Assembly (NCBI RefSeq): GCF_006345805.1
Contig: NC_043007.1
Location: 77,066,001-77,130,000 of the forward strand
DNA from: Octopus sinensis
Taxonomy: Eukaryota
Reading direction: 5' to 3'
Length of the DNA: 64,000 nt
Below the pieces are notes generated by a model. That model made no database searches. It was given only the letters and a program-made list of their open reading frames with translations, and was not told where the DNA came from. The translations under genes were made by a program, and so were the position numbers. This document shows positions 39,363 through 53,298 of the stretch, one piece after another (position 1 is the stretch's first letter; every line of letters begins with the position of its first letter).

Positions 39363-39951
39363 TTTGATTTTTTTTTCTATCCAAAGGGATTTTTAACACA
39401 ATATTTACATGCTATTATTTATAGCTCTATCTGCTTCAAGTTTTACCATTCGAAAAAAAAAAAAGAATCATTTCATTAAATTCATGATACAGATATATAA
39501 ACGATAATCTATCTAAATGATTCATGACATAATTTAAGGAATGGCCGATATCTTGGGAATAGTAAGATTAAAGAAATCAAATATAGGAATGAATAAATAT
39601 TATTAAATTAAATAATAAAATGCATCATAATGAATAAAACAGACCAAAAAGAAAAAAGAAAAGAAAAACACACCAGAATAAATAAAGTTAAAAATAAATA
39701 AATAAATAAATAAATAAAAACGGCTACAAGAGATGAAGCATCATAAGCAGAATCACTGCTGTACAAGCATCTTTCACTGTTCCATCCCCTTGCTCCAATT
39801 ATTGACTTGCCATCAACAATTCTAAACACTACCGATTTAATTAATGCCACAGTCAGCTGCATTTTTATTATCAACAAACTGGTTTACATGTTGAGTGAAA
39901 TAGTGAAGAGTATTATACTACCAATAGGTTAATGCTCCACCATTACACCTG

Positions 39952-40015
<64 letters not shown>

Positions 40016-43000
40016 CATGTATATATTTATATATAAATATATACATACACACGCACACAAACTGAAACAGGGCTTGCCTCTACTATGCTTTCTTTCCCTG
40101 CAGGATGTTATAGTTATACAGTACGGCCTAAAGCAATCTGGGTCGAGGGAATAGTGCCAGAAGTCGGATAAAATGCCTTGTGGTATTTAGTTATGTCCCT
40201 TTATGTGCCGAGTCTAAATCCTGCTGTGATAGCTTTTCGTTTTTCTGGAGTTGATAAAATAAGGTTGGTTGCTGCTATTTAGCCCCAGGTAAGGTGTGAT
40301 CCAAATAGACATATGATGAAATACATTTCTACTCCGACTATCCTATCTTTATCTTTTTTCCCCCTGCAGGCAGTAATATCTACAACTACATTATCTAATG
40401 TGTCCTTATTTCTTTTTCTGATAGTAAAGTGGGATGAGATAGACTTGGCTGCTATTTTGAGCAAGTCGAGTGACCAACAAAGACTCAATTATTTGAGTTA
40501 ATTACTAAGGACATTTTAATTGCATTGTACCCCCACCATAAAAATTGCGACTTCGTAGCTATATTCCAAAATCAATATTACCATCATGAATAGAAAGACC
40601 ATTTAAATACTGAATTACCCGGCAGTTATTATAGTTTAATCTCAGTCACCCTGAAGTTGCATTGCCTAGTGGTCAGGGTGCTGCACTCACAATCTCAAGA
40701 TCAAGGTTTCGATTTCTGGACTGGGCAGTGTGTTGTGTTCATGTGTAAAACACTTCATTTGGTATTATTCCAGTTCACTCTGCTGTAAATGAGTAAACCT
40801 GCAATGCTCTGGCATCTTGTTCAAGGGGAATGTTGTGATCCCAGTCATTTACACACCATGGAAACTAGGTAACTAGCCCTAAGAATCAGTCCTTGGACTT
40901 GAATAATATCTAAGGGTTGATGACAAAGATGAACCAGATAGAGCAAACTTTATGATCAAACACCATTTCAGGCATAGCCTTACCCATTTTTCTGGAAAGG
41001 TATAATACCCTTTCCAACATTTTCCAAGGAGTCATTGTATGTGAGAGAAAGTTGTGGTGGAAGAGTACAGCAGGGTTTGCTACCACCCCTGCTGCTGGAG
41101 CCTTGTGGAGCTTTAGGTGTTTTCACTCAATAAACTCACATCTGATCTGAGAATTGATGTGTGTGGTGGTTCGAGAGAGATTTTGTTGCTATTTTTGTAG
41201 GCTGAGCAATCAGAGTTTCTCTCATTGCATGTAGTACATTTCCTTTATTAAAGTACCAATAACATACTGGTATCCATTCAATTGATTACATCCATCAGCC
41301 AGAATATATTGCTCTGAGTATCAAACAAAATGCTTGGTAGTATTGATTTACAATTCTTTACATTCTGAGTTCGAATCATGCTGCAGCAATCTTTGCCTTT
41401 TATCCATACTGAGTTGCTAAAACCACTGGTATTGCTATAACCAACTACTTCCTTCTTGACTCATAAGGCCATTTTCCTGGTTTCCATGGTGCATATATTT
41501 TCCCCACTGGACAGGACGTGGGTTCATTACAGGATTGCTAATTTTTTGCCAGCTGAATGGAGTGGAGCAATGCGAAATAACGTGTTTTGCTCAAGAACAC
41601 AACACATCACCCAGTCCAGGAACCAAAACCACAATCTTACGATCATAATTCCAACACCTTAATCACTAAGCCATGCACTGCCACTAACCAAGTGCTCACC
41701 TTGTCAAAATTCAAAGCCTTGTGTCTATGTAAGAAACCATTATATAAACTGTGGGTTAGTGGAACTGGTATAGTGTCAATTGAAATTTATGATACTTAGT
41801 TGCCTCATTGTACATTCTGAGTTCAGATCACAGTGAAGTCAGCTCCATTTCCAGTCCCTCTAGGATTGCTAAAATAATGTACCATTCAAATAGTAGAGTT
41901 GATTTAACTGACCAAAATTTCAGGCCTTGTGCCTACAGTAGAAAGAATTATGATGTAAGGTGGTGAGCTGACAGATCTGTTAGATCGTCATAAGAACTGC
42001 AACTAAACATTCCTACCTACTCCTTATGTTCTGAGTTCAAACCCAGCCAAGGTCAACATTAGCTTCCATTCTTTCAGGATTGGTAATATAAAGTACCTGT
42101 CAAAAACTCCCCACCCACTTCCCAGAAATTCTAGGCTTTGAATCTATATTTAAAACAGAACTGGTAGAATCATTGGTGAGCTGGTAGAATCATTGCCATA
42201 CCAGACAAAACGCTTAGCGGCATTTCTTTCAGCTTTACATTCCGAGTTCAAATGTGCCATAGTCAAATTTACCTTTTATCCTTTCTGGGTTGATAAAAAA
42301 AGTACCAGTTGAAAATTGAGATTAATATAATAGGACTAGCCCACCCCATAAAATTTCAGGCCTTAGTCATATAATATAAAAAATTATAATAATAAATATT
42401 ATTATTATTATTATTTTAGTCAACTTAGCCTTTTAACCCAATTTCATGGTCAATAAAATAAGTAGCATAAGTGGTTTTATGTTACATCACCCTCTTCATC
42501 TTCAAAATTATGAATGACATAGAATACTTAGCAAGTTTCATTTCTGGAAGTTTTGAGTTCAAATTGCTCTGAAGCTGATTTTTCCCCTTTCAACCTTCTG
42601 GGAGTGATAAACAAGATATATGTATGTATACTAACTACACACACTCACAAATATTTTGGAAAATGGATGTTAAACGATGATGATCTGTTAAAGAAAATGC
42701 TTGCCTCCACAGCATTAAAACTGGATAACGAGAAATGGAATTCTCAGTGTAGTTTCAATTTGTGTTAGAAATAGCAACATTTCCCTCAAGTAACACCCTG
42801 CTATCAAAGAAGGACATGTTAAGACAATACAGTACACAAAAGAAGGGATGGCCAGAGCTGGAAAGCATTTCATCCCAAAGTCTGGACAATCATGACTAAT
42901 ATAAGAGCTAAGAACATGAGCAAGAAATCCAAGAAAAGCAGTAAGACGTAAATAAATAATGATAACAATAATAATAATAATAATGATGATGATGGTAATA

Positions 43001-43663
43001 AAAGAAAGGTTAATGAAAATGGATATATAAGCAAAAGAACTGGCCCAAATCATTTTGATGCAATAACACTGAAACTTTCAGTGGAGATGAAAATAAATCA
43101 ATTTGAAAAATCTATTCTGCTCAGCTTGCAAGAATACAGAATATATATATTGTGCGTATGTGCATATATATATATATATGAATGTGTGCATGTGTATAGT
43201 GGAGGGGATTGGTAGATGTGGAAAGTACAAACAATAATTAGCAAGATCATTATGTGTGTGGACTATCATGTATTTAAAAGTGGTGGGAGGGTAAACGATC
43301 ATGTTTTAGTTTTGTTCAAAAAGGGAATGAATATTGTATAGCTTCACTTTTCTATTCAGGATTAATTCATTATCAGCAACTTCACTTCAAGAGGAAGTGA
43401 TAGGATGGGAATAAATTTCAAAACATGCATGTGTGTGCATGCATATGCATATAGATATATATAAACACACACACAAATATACAATATATTATGTATAGGT
43501 GAAGATGTGATTGTGTGGTAAGAAGCTTGGTTCCCAACCACAGGGCCCTGGGTTCAGCCCAGCTGCACGACACCTTCGGCGTCATCTTCTATAGTCTCAG
43601 GCTGACCAAAGCCTTGTGAATGGATTTGGTAGATGGAAAGTGAAAGAAGCCTGTTGTATGTAG

Positions 43664-43695
<32 letters not shown>

Positions 43696-43975
43696 TGTAT
43701 GTATATATACACACATATATATATGTATGTATATAAATGTGTATATATATGTATGGGTATATACATAGATATATATGTATATGTACATGTATGTATACAC
43801 ATGTATATATATATGTGTGTGTGTATATATACATATGTACATATATATATTTATATATATGTATGTACATATATATCTTCTATGAATATATCTGTATATA
43901 TATGTATGTATGTATATATATACATACATACATACATATCTATGATCTATGTATATGTATGTATATGTGTGTATG

Positions 43976-44011
<36 letters not shown>

Positions 44012-44257
44012 ACAGGCTTGTTTCAGTTTGCATCTACCAGATCCGCTCACAAAGCTTTGGTTGGCCCGAGGCTGTAGTAGAAGACTCTTGCCCAATGCGC
44101 CACGCAGTGGGACTGAACCCGGAACCATGTGTTTGGGAAGCAAGCTTCTTAACGCAGCTAGTCATGCCTTATATATATATATATATGTGTGTGTGGCATC
44201 ATCATCGCTTAATGTCCGTTTTCCATGCTGGCATGGGTTAGACGGTTGGACTGAGGA

Positions 44258-44357
44258 NNNNNNNNNNNNNNNNNNNNNNNNNNNNNNNNNNNNNNNNNNN
44301 NNNNNNNNNNNNNNNNNNNNNNNNNNNNNNNNNNNNNNNNNNNNNNNNNNNNNNNNN
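44258..44357. other. assembly gap (100 N)
   Basis: Run of 100 N. Both flanks belong to the same SINE family in the same orientation. Confidence 1.
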
Positions 44358-44716
44358 AGTGGGTGCGTTTTTACGTGCCACCGGTACAGGGACCAATTTC
44401 CTGCCTATTACTCATTTGAGATCCCCAGTTTATCTTTTCACTTTCATTCTTTTCTTTCTTCTAACTTCCTTCCCTCTACCCCATCTCGCTATCCTTCTCC
44501 TGCGCCTTCTCATTGTACCTTTGGAACACAAGCACCACTATTTTCTTCCTTTTTTTGTTAGTTTTTGTCATGTAGTGTCCCACATTTTGAAATACTTGCA
44601 CTTTGTATTTTTACTGCTTATTTTAGCTCTGCTTGATACATTTCCAAAATTTAACATTTAAATATGCAAAATATACTTCACAGTATTATATATACTATGC
44701 ATTAATGCACAAAATA

Positions 44717-45205
44717 TTGTGTTTATTGGCTATCTTCAAAAGGATCACACCATCAATGGAAAATTTCAATACCAACTTCCTAAGGCAGTTATGAAAGGCT
44801 ATCAAGACCAAACACCCAGAAAAACTGATGAATGGGGTTTTGTTTCATTAGGACAATGCTTCAGCACACAAGTCCTTGGTTTCAATGGCTGCTGTATGTG
44901 ACTGGCTTTGAACTGGTTGATCATCCTCCCTATGTTAGTGATTTGGTTCCTTCTGGTTATCATGTTCCCCAACATAGAAAAACACTCAGCTGAGCACCAG
45001 TATCACTATGATGAGAACATCTTATCTGTTGTTGATGACCATTTTGATCAACAGAAAAGCTTCTTCACCAGTGCGACCCAAGTACTGCAACAACTAATGG
45101 AAGTGTGTGGACAGTAAGAGGAACTGTGTTAGAAAATGAACTTCATTTGGTCACATTCCCTTGAGAGTGTCTTGCTCAGATTATGAACATTTCAGCGGAC
45201 CCTCA
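44717..45205 (+). mobile_element. decayed mariner transposase 3' half with right end
   Basis: Across frameshifts and stops it resembles YLQK.HTING...HQDNA...GFELVDHPPY.PDLAPS.YH.FP...KCVD. Ends TTTCAGCGGACCCTCA followed by TA. Confidence 0.85.
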
Positions 45206-45513
45206 TAATAATAAAAATTATTATACTAGCATTTGTTTTAATGTTAACATTGGAAAAATCCACATTTTTCATTTAAAAGATTAGGACCTGGGTTTGCACC
45301 CCCATAGCAAATTTTGTTGCTGGGCCACTGCTTACATATATATATACATATATACGACGGGCTTCTTTCAGTTTCTGTCTATCAAATCCACTCACAAGGA
45401 TTTAGTCTGCCTGAGGCTATAGTAAAATACACTTGCCCAAGGTGCCACACAGCAGGAATGAACCCGGAATCATGTGGTCATTAAGCAAGCTATTTACCAC
45501 ACAGCCACTCCTG

Positions 45514-45595
<82 letters not shown>

Positions 45596-45645
45596 GATAT
45601 ATATATATATATAGTATATGTATATTATATATATATATATATATA

Positions 45646-45965
45646 TACTAAGCAATAAGGTTAGCAACGAGTTGCCTTACCACATACCGAATTTAGAAAT
45701 AGCAGTCAAGGGTTATAGCTATCTTCTACTAAAAAGGGAGATCTCAGTAAAAACAGATTTGGAAGGCACAAACAGGTAAGAGAATGAATGACTGCAATCT
45801 ATCATACATTTTTTAGTCAATTCATTCCTCTTACCTGTGTGTGCCTTACAAATGTGTTTTTACTGAGATCTCCCTTTTAGTAGAAGAAATAGCTATACCC
45901 TTTGACTGCTGCTATTCTAATTCGGTATGTGGTAATAACTCGTTGCTAAACCCTTATGCTTAGTA
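45646..45965. repeat. fold-back element, arms about 150 bp, TA flanks
   Basis: TACTAAGCA...GAATGAATGACT is the reverse complement of AGTCAATTCATTC...TGCTTAGTA, around a short spacer. Confidence 0.9.
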
Positions 45966-46078
45966 TTACTTAAATGTTCCTCGATGAGGCTTTTACATGC
46001 CGAAGACTACTGGTGTAATTGATATTTTTCAAATAATTAATTTCACCTTCATTATTACGGTATATTATATATAGATTA

Positions 46079-46112
<34 letters not shown>

Positions 46113-46130
46113 GTATATATATATATATGT

Positions 46131-46172
<42 letters not shown>

Positions 46173-46224
46173 CTATATATATGTATATATATATATATAT
46201 ATGTATATGTATATATATATTATA

Positions 46225-46275
<51 letters not shown>

Positions 46276-46352
46276 ATAGATATATATATATATTACGGAG
46301 ATGTACTCGCATAGCAAGTGATTTGATCTGAGATCGTATGCTGGAACGAAAG

Positions 46353-46619
46353 AATTGCAGCGTGGAAGGTGTTTGTAAGCCATTTAAGAAACACACAACA
46401 AAAGCCGTCCGATTCACTTCAACATATAAGTTTAATTTGTCAAATATTTCGTCGCTAAAATACGCGACTGTTCAGCACGGATTTTTGTCAGTGAACAGGT
46501 CGCGGATTTTAGCGACGAAAATATTTTGACAAATTAAACTTATATGTTGAAGTGAAGTGAATCGAACGGCTTTTGTGTGTTTCTAAAATGGCTTACAAAC
46601 ACCTTTCATGCTGCAATTG
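46353..46619. repeat. fold-back element (arms about 120 bp, 17-nt spacer)
   Basis: AATTGCAGCGTGGAAGG...CTGTTCA / TGAACAGG...CATGCTGCAATT. Second copy at 54122. Confidence 0.9.
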
Positions 46620-48247
46620 TATGATATATATATATATATATTATATATATATATATATACTATATATATATATATCAATATTTCAGTATTTATATATATA
46701 CATATATATGTAATATATATATATGTGTACGTGTGTGTGTGTGGTGTAATATATATATATATGTGTGTGTATGTGTGTATGTATGTATAATGCATTTTTG
46801 TATGTATGTATATATGCATGCACGTACTTATGTATGTATGTATGGATGGATGGATGGATGGATTTAACGAATAAGAATCTTTTATTCGGAGGCATTGGTG
46901 TGAATCAAACTGAACGAAGTATTTTGTAATTTAGTTACCGGTATTATGGATAACTAATCAAATTTTGACCTACAAGGGATAGCAGCGAAAGTAACAACAA
47001 ATAGAATTAATCCTTTGACAATAACGACAAAAAGAACAACATTGATATCAATAATATTAATAATGCTGAAGGGTGACGAATGTATTTATTGTTCGTCATA
47101 CGGCCATTAAAATATATAACAAGAATACGTCGAAATCATATTCAATTTTTTGCAAATATATCGTGCGCGGATATGCTCACACACGCACACAATGAGATAG
47201 ATGCAGAGAATCACACAGACACACACGCGCAAATACATACAAAAATACACACACACACCCAAACACATACATATATTTCCAGAAAAATATACATCTTATT
47301 TTTTTTTGTAAATCTATCTCACAAGGTAAAGATCGATTTAGTTTGCTGCGCCCGCTCCCTATAAACGTAATTGAGGTCTTGTCTTTTTGTGGCCCACAGA
47401 GTAAATTTTTTTACTCTTATTTTCGCTATTTATTAATTGCTTTTTGGTTTTTAATTGCTAGCCACACATCCTATAATGTGTTTAATATATCTCAATATAT
47501 TAATATATCATTGTATTGTCCTCTTGTATTGATAATATACACACAGATATATATATTCGTTTCTGTACAGGCATATTTACATAAATATGCGTTTATGAGT
47601 GTGTGTATGTGCATGGGTGTTTATATATATATATATATATTTGAAACGTGGAGTAGATGAAGCAGGGGTGACTGAAGAAGGGGAGTTTTCCTTGTGTTGT
47701 ATGTCCTGTACTCTATTTGTTCGTTGTTTAAGAAAAATGTCCATTTCCTTGGATTTGTGTTTATGTTTTCGTTTCTCATTGTGTTCGATGTTTTTTTTTC
47801 TTTTTTGGTGTCCTGTACCCATATATGCATGTATATATACATGTAGATGTAGGTACGTACATATATCTACGTATATATGCATATTATTTATTAATATGTT
47901 TTATATATATATATATATAATACAAAATGGGAAACGCAAAACATCCGGACAGCTAGGTGATACAAAAAGGGACAACAAAACATCCAGATAGACGATACAA
48001 AGAAAACAAGGACGGGCCATTCGAAGTTTTCTTTCCTCAGTCAAGCACCAGATTATCCTCGCAATCTCGGCTGATTATTCTTGAGATTGCTCCTATCTGG
48101 CCAGCCCCAAGGAAAAACTAAGCTAAGAGCATTAAGATTCCTTGGAAGAAAGCAGCGAATGTTTACAAAAACAAGGACAGAAAAAACAGACAAAGTTACA
48201 CAAATATAAATACAATAATAAATATAATAAAAATAATAACAGGATGC

Positions 48248-48496
48248 ATAAACAATTATAAACGAGGGCAGAAGAAAAAATTGCTATGCTAATATGCTGA
48301 GAAATAGACTTTAAATCCTTAATCACCACATACATTATACATCACTATAAATTCTGTTAGCTTGCTTTCCTCGATTCAGCACGCCGTGTATTTTATAGTG
48401 ATGTATATTGTATGTGGTGATTGCCGATTTAAAGTCTAGTTCTCAGCATATTGGCATAGACACTTTCTTCTTTTGCCCTTTTTTATAATTGTTTAT
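48248..48496. repeat. imperfect inverted repeat, arms about 105 bp, 40-nt spacer
   Basis: ATAAACAATTATAAA...CATCACTATAAA versus TTTATAGTGATG...TTTATAATTGTTTAT. Confidence 0.85.
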
Positions 48497-49032
48497 AATT
48501 TTCACCTTAAAAGGTATTTTAATATGCTGGCCACTTGATGAATTTTTTTCAAAAGATTTTATCCTATATTAGAAGTATCTATATGCATAATATATATTCC
48601 AGATTAATTCAAAAGAGTTTTCGGATTATACACTGAGGATTCTTGGCACTTGTATCTCTGATTTATCATTAATTTGATACAACTTCTTGTCCAGTCTTAG
48701 CAGAATTGTTTATACAGTTCTATATTTAAGAGATGAGGAATTATGTACATTATTTCCATTATTTGTAATGGCGTAGGAGTGGCTGTGTGGGAAGTAGCTT
48801 GCTTACGCACCACATGGTTCCAGGTTCAGTCCCACTGCGTGGCACCTTGGGCAAGTGTCTTCTACTATAGCCTCCAGACGAGCAAAGGTTTGTGAGTGGA
48901 TTTCGGCATCATGGTGGTGTCTCTCAGACAACCTTATTTATAGTTGTAAAAAATTATTACCTTTGTATGATATTTATTCCCATGCTGGCCACTTGATAAT
49001 ATCGATATTTAAATATCGATATTATCCTTATT

Positions 49033-49082
<50 letters not shown>

Positions 49083-49396
49083 TATATACACGCACATACC
49101 TACGACGGTCTTCTTTCAATTTCCGACCTCCAAATACACTCACTATGCTTTAGTAGATGTTATTGCCCAAGTTGCAACGGATAGGAATTGAATTGCAAGC
49201 CAATTGGTTGAGAAGCAAACTTTAAACCGTACATCCACGCCACCGCCTTTACATATATACATATCTTCACACACACATACACAAACACACATACGCGCGC
49301 ACACACACAAGCACGGATATATATACATACATACATATATACACACATACATACATGCATACATACGTACATACATACATACATACAGATATGTAC

Positions 49397-49427
<31 letters not shown>

Positions 49428-49436
49428 TATATATAT

Positions 49437-49517
<81 letters not shown>
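49437..49517. repeat. (TAGA)n microsatellite
   Basis: Direct inspection. Another array at about 51225-51312. Confidence 0.95.
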
Positions 49518-49519
<2 letters not shown>

Positions 49520-49794
49520 TAATACGTGTATGCGTACAATCTGGTCTCAGATGAGGGGGCTACTATTTACATGAGTTCTTATAGTCAATGGTCTTAAAAC
49601 TTCCACTGACTCCATATTGTACGGATCGCTCTTAGAAAAAACATAAAACACTTCAGTTTCTTCAAAAGATATATTTTTGTATTTGTGTTTTCTGTGCGCG
49701 TCGCGGTCGATCGCGTGTGTTTGCGTACTTATGTCCGCATACACTTTGCCATATGTGTGTTTATTTGTGTGGTGTATATATATAATATATATAG

Positions 49795-49841
<47 letters not shown>

Positions 49842-50021
49842 GTATGTATATATAGACACACACACACACACACACACACGCACATACATGGGGTGATAAT
49901 CGTCTCTAGACTGTGTTTGGTAAAGAACTGCTATCGATCTCACATGGTTGACTGATTTCAGGGCTATTGCCCCCTTTAGCGAATACAAAAGAGCAGGGGC
50001 TTTTGAAACTATTCGAAACCG

Positions 50022-50022
<1 letters not shown>

Positions 50023-50052
<30 letters not shown>

Positions 50053-50119
50053 CTTCTTCTTCTTCTTCTTCTTCTTCTTCTTCTTCTTCTTCTTCTTCTT
50101 CTTCTTCTTCTTCTTCTTC
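50023..50119. repeat. (CTT)n microsatellite
   Basis: About 32 perfect units; the source of the poly-K/R/L/F ORFs in the track. Confidence 0.95.
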
Positions 50120-50448
50120 GCTTTCTCCTCCTCCTCTGCCTCATTCTTCAAATTCATTTTGTTCCTTACCATAATATTTTGCAGTTAATGCATATCGTTG
50201 TTGTATCTGTTGTTGTTGTTGTTATTGTTGTTATTAAGGCGGCGAGCTGGCAGAACCTTTAACGCGCTGGACGAAATGCCCGTCGCTACATTCTGAGTTC
50301 AAATTCCGCCGAGGTCGACTATACTTATCATCCTTTCGAGGTCGATAAAATAAGTACCAAAGGAGTATTGGTGTCGATGTAATCGACTAGTCCCCTCCCC
50401 ACAAACTTCAGGCGTAGTGCCTATAGTAGAAAGTATTATTATTGTTAA

Positions 50449-50860
50449 GGTAGCGAACTGGGAGAATCGTTAGCACGCCGGGCGAAATGCTTAGCGGTAT
50501 TTCGTCTGCGTTACGTTGTGAGTTCAAATTCCGCCGAGGTCGACTTTGCCTTTCATCCTTTCGGGGTCGATAAATTAAGTACCAGTTACGCACTGGGGTC
50601 GATGTAATCGACTTAATACCTATGTCTGTCCTTGTTTGTCACCTCTGTGTTTAGCCCCTTGTGGGTAATAAAGAAATAGGTATTTCGTCTGCGTTACGTT
50701 GTGAGTTCAAATTCCGCCGAGGTCGACTTTGCCTTTCATCCTTTCGGGGTCGATAAATTAAGTACCAGTTACGCACTGGGGTCGATGTAATCGACTTAAT
50801 ACCTATGTCTGTCCTTGTTTGTACCCTCTGTGTTTAGCCCAATGTGGGTAATAAAGAAAT
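50449..50860 (+). mobile_element. SINE family B with head-to-tail duplicated 183-bp body
   Basis: Unit starts at GGTATTTCG (50496 and 50679); junction AAAGAAATA|GGTATTTCG. Confidence 0.9.
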
Positions 50861-51225
50861 GAGTATTATTATCATCTCTGTCTATTTGACTATCTCTCTC
50901 ACTTTCTCACTCATCCTCTGTCTTTCTCTCTCCCTCTCTTTGTTCCTCCCTCCCGAAAATATTTGCTGCGGTCACCTATGGAGTGGATTGATCAATGACA
51001 GGTCAAAAAGTAGGCTCGAGACACGGCTACGTCACGTTATTTCTGCATTGACTTTATTCGAAGTTGAGGGACCAAGACAATGCTTTACACACAAGCGGGC
51101 GCACACACGCACATGGACACATTTGTAGACATATGCAATATGTGTGTATTTATGTACATGTGCCTATGTGCACATTTATATAAGTATATATATATGTGCG
51201 TGTGAGTGTGTGTGCGCGTGTGTAG

Positions 51226-51317
<92 letters not shown>

Positions 51318-51483
51318 GGATGGATAGATAGACAGACAGACATGGATATTAAAAGTTATATGAGGTGTTTGTGTATGTCTATATATGTGTATCACATTCA
51401 CAGACCTATTATATCTATATGAAAAGGAAGAGGAAAACCTAAAGCCGAAAGTCTATAAGATGGAACATAATTGTGATATATAC

Positions 51484-51554
<71 letters not shown>

Positions 51555-51571
51555 ACATATACATACATACA

Positions 51572-51603
<32 letters not shown>

Positions 51604-53064
51604 AATATATATATTACAAATATATTCAATTTTATATTCAGGTTTTTCTTTTCTTTTTTTATATATATATAACATGGGTATTTTTCTATTTTATTTCCCT
51701 TTTAAGTTTGACTTGATTCTCCGGTAACTCCCATTCCACTTCACTACACATACACACAGGCACACGCCCGCACACCACACACACACACACACACACCACA
51801 CACACAGACGCGCGCGCGCATTTTGTCACATCACAGAAGATTGTTGAGCGTGGGGAAAGTGATGGAAGTTGTAATATATTGTTGCTCAACCTCTGTAATC
51901 AACGTAGCAGTGAAATTTGCTTCACTGAACTCCCTAAATAGAATTAAAGGTTCTTTTCATATTCGCCTGCATAAAGTTGGGGGACGGCTAGTGGAGTAAA
52001 GATTGCTTTGAAGACCCACCGTTTTATGATTCGTGACACCGCCCACGGAAGAATTTGAAACTTAGCACCGTATGCAGATAAGGAAATACATTGGAATGAC
52101 ACAGCGACACTCCCAAACTCATACGACTATTTCTTGGCCCGGACCTATAGTTAGACAAGATTTGGTCATTTAATAATAATTGCATTGATTCTCGGTTATG
52201 TGCCATTAGTAACCACTCCTATCTTGTAATGTACCTAGGGGCGGGAAGAAAAATACGGTCCACCGCTGGTGACAGTTCTACGAGGGCGGCACCTTTCGGT
52301 CTGTTGAATAAGTCTGTATTGACTTGGGAGCTCGGGAGTCGGGCAGCAAATTCAAGGCCTGCCCCGGGTGGCTACGCCACTTCGTCCATCAACTAATATC
52401 TAAAATGAAGTGTTTTGCTCAAGAACACAACGCATCGCCCGGTCAGGAATCGAAACCACAACCTTACGATCATGAGTTCAACACCCTAACCACTAAGCCA
52501 CGCGCCTCTATACACACACAAACACACACACACACACACACACGCACTCATATATTATTTTATATTAAACTTTTTAATACTTTTTTATAGTATAAAAAAG
52601 TTTAAAAATTTATAAATTTAAAATTTTTTAAATATATTAAAAAAATATTAAAATTTATTAAAATTTATAAATATAAAAAATTTTTAATTTAATAATTTAA
52701 TTTTTTTTGTATATTATATTAATTATATTTATTTTTATGTTTTGGTTTATGTTTTTCACTGTTTGATTTGCCTAATAGTGGTTTTATCTCTAATTTAAAT
52801 TATATATATATAGATATATTTATATGATTTAGAATAGAAATAAACTATCGCCGAATTAGCAGAAACAGTAGCAGGGTTTCGATTCCGTAGAGAATTCATT
52901 TCATTGCATTGCGGTTAAAAGTGTGTTCCAGCCCAAAGACTCTGGGCACGCTGGACCGTCACCATTTTCATTTCCTTTCTTGTGAATTTGGCTTTTGGTG
53001 AAGGAGGAATTTTGATATTGTTGCCCTCATCTGACTCTGTGTGTGTGTGTGTGTGAGCGCGCGC

Positions 53065-53298
53065 ATGCGTATGTTTTGGGGCTCTCTTTCTGTACTCTAA
53101 TTTCAAATAGTCCCGAAGATCAAGCTAGCCTTTTATCCTTTGGTGATCGAAAAATGAAGTGCCAGTCTTGTGCTGAAGTACATCTCTGTCATGCGTATGT
53201 TTTGGGGCTCTCTTTCCGTACTCTAATTTCAATAGTCCCGAAGATCCTTTGGTGATCGAAAAATGAAGTACCAGTCTTGTGCTGAAGTACATCTCTGT
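53065..53298 (+). repeat. tandem duplication of a SINE B-like fragment
   Basis: ATGCGTATGTTTTGGGGCTCTC...GAAGTACATCTCTGTC occurs twice; the second copy has an internal deletion. Confidence 0.85.

Noticed and set aside
39608-39877. 89-aa ORF (IVDGKSIIGARGWNSERC...)
   Set aside because: Weak splice sites, no homology recognised, and the tail is a (TTTA)n repeat.
42650-42725. Minus-strand exon candidate with GTGAGT donor
   Set aside because: Overlaps a SINE tail motif (ATGGATGTTAAACGATGATGAT).
45975-46015. Hammerhead-like TCGATGA-GGC...GCC-GAAG
   Set aside because: U4 and A15.1 are not conserved and helices I and III cannot be formed; at best a decayed relic.
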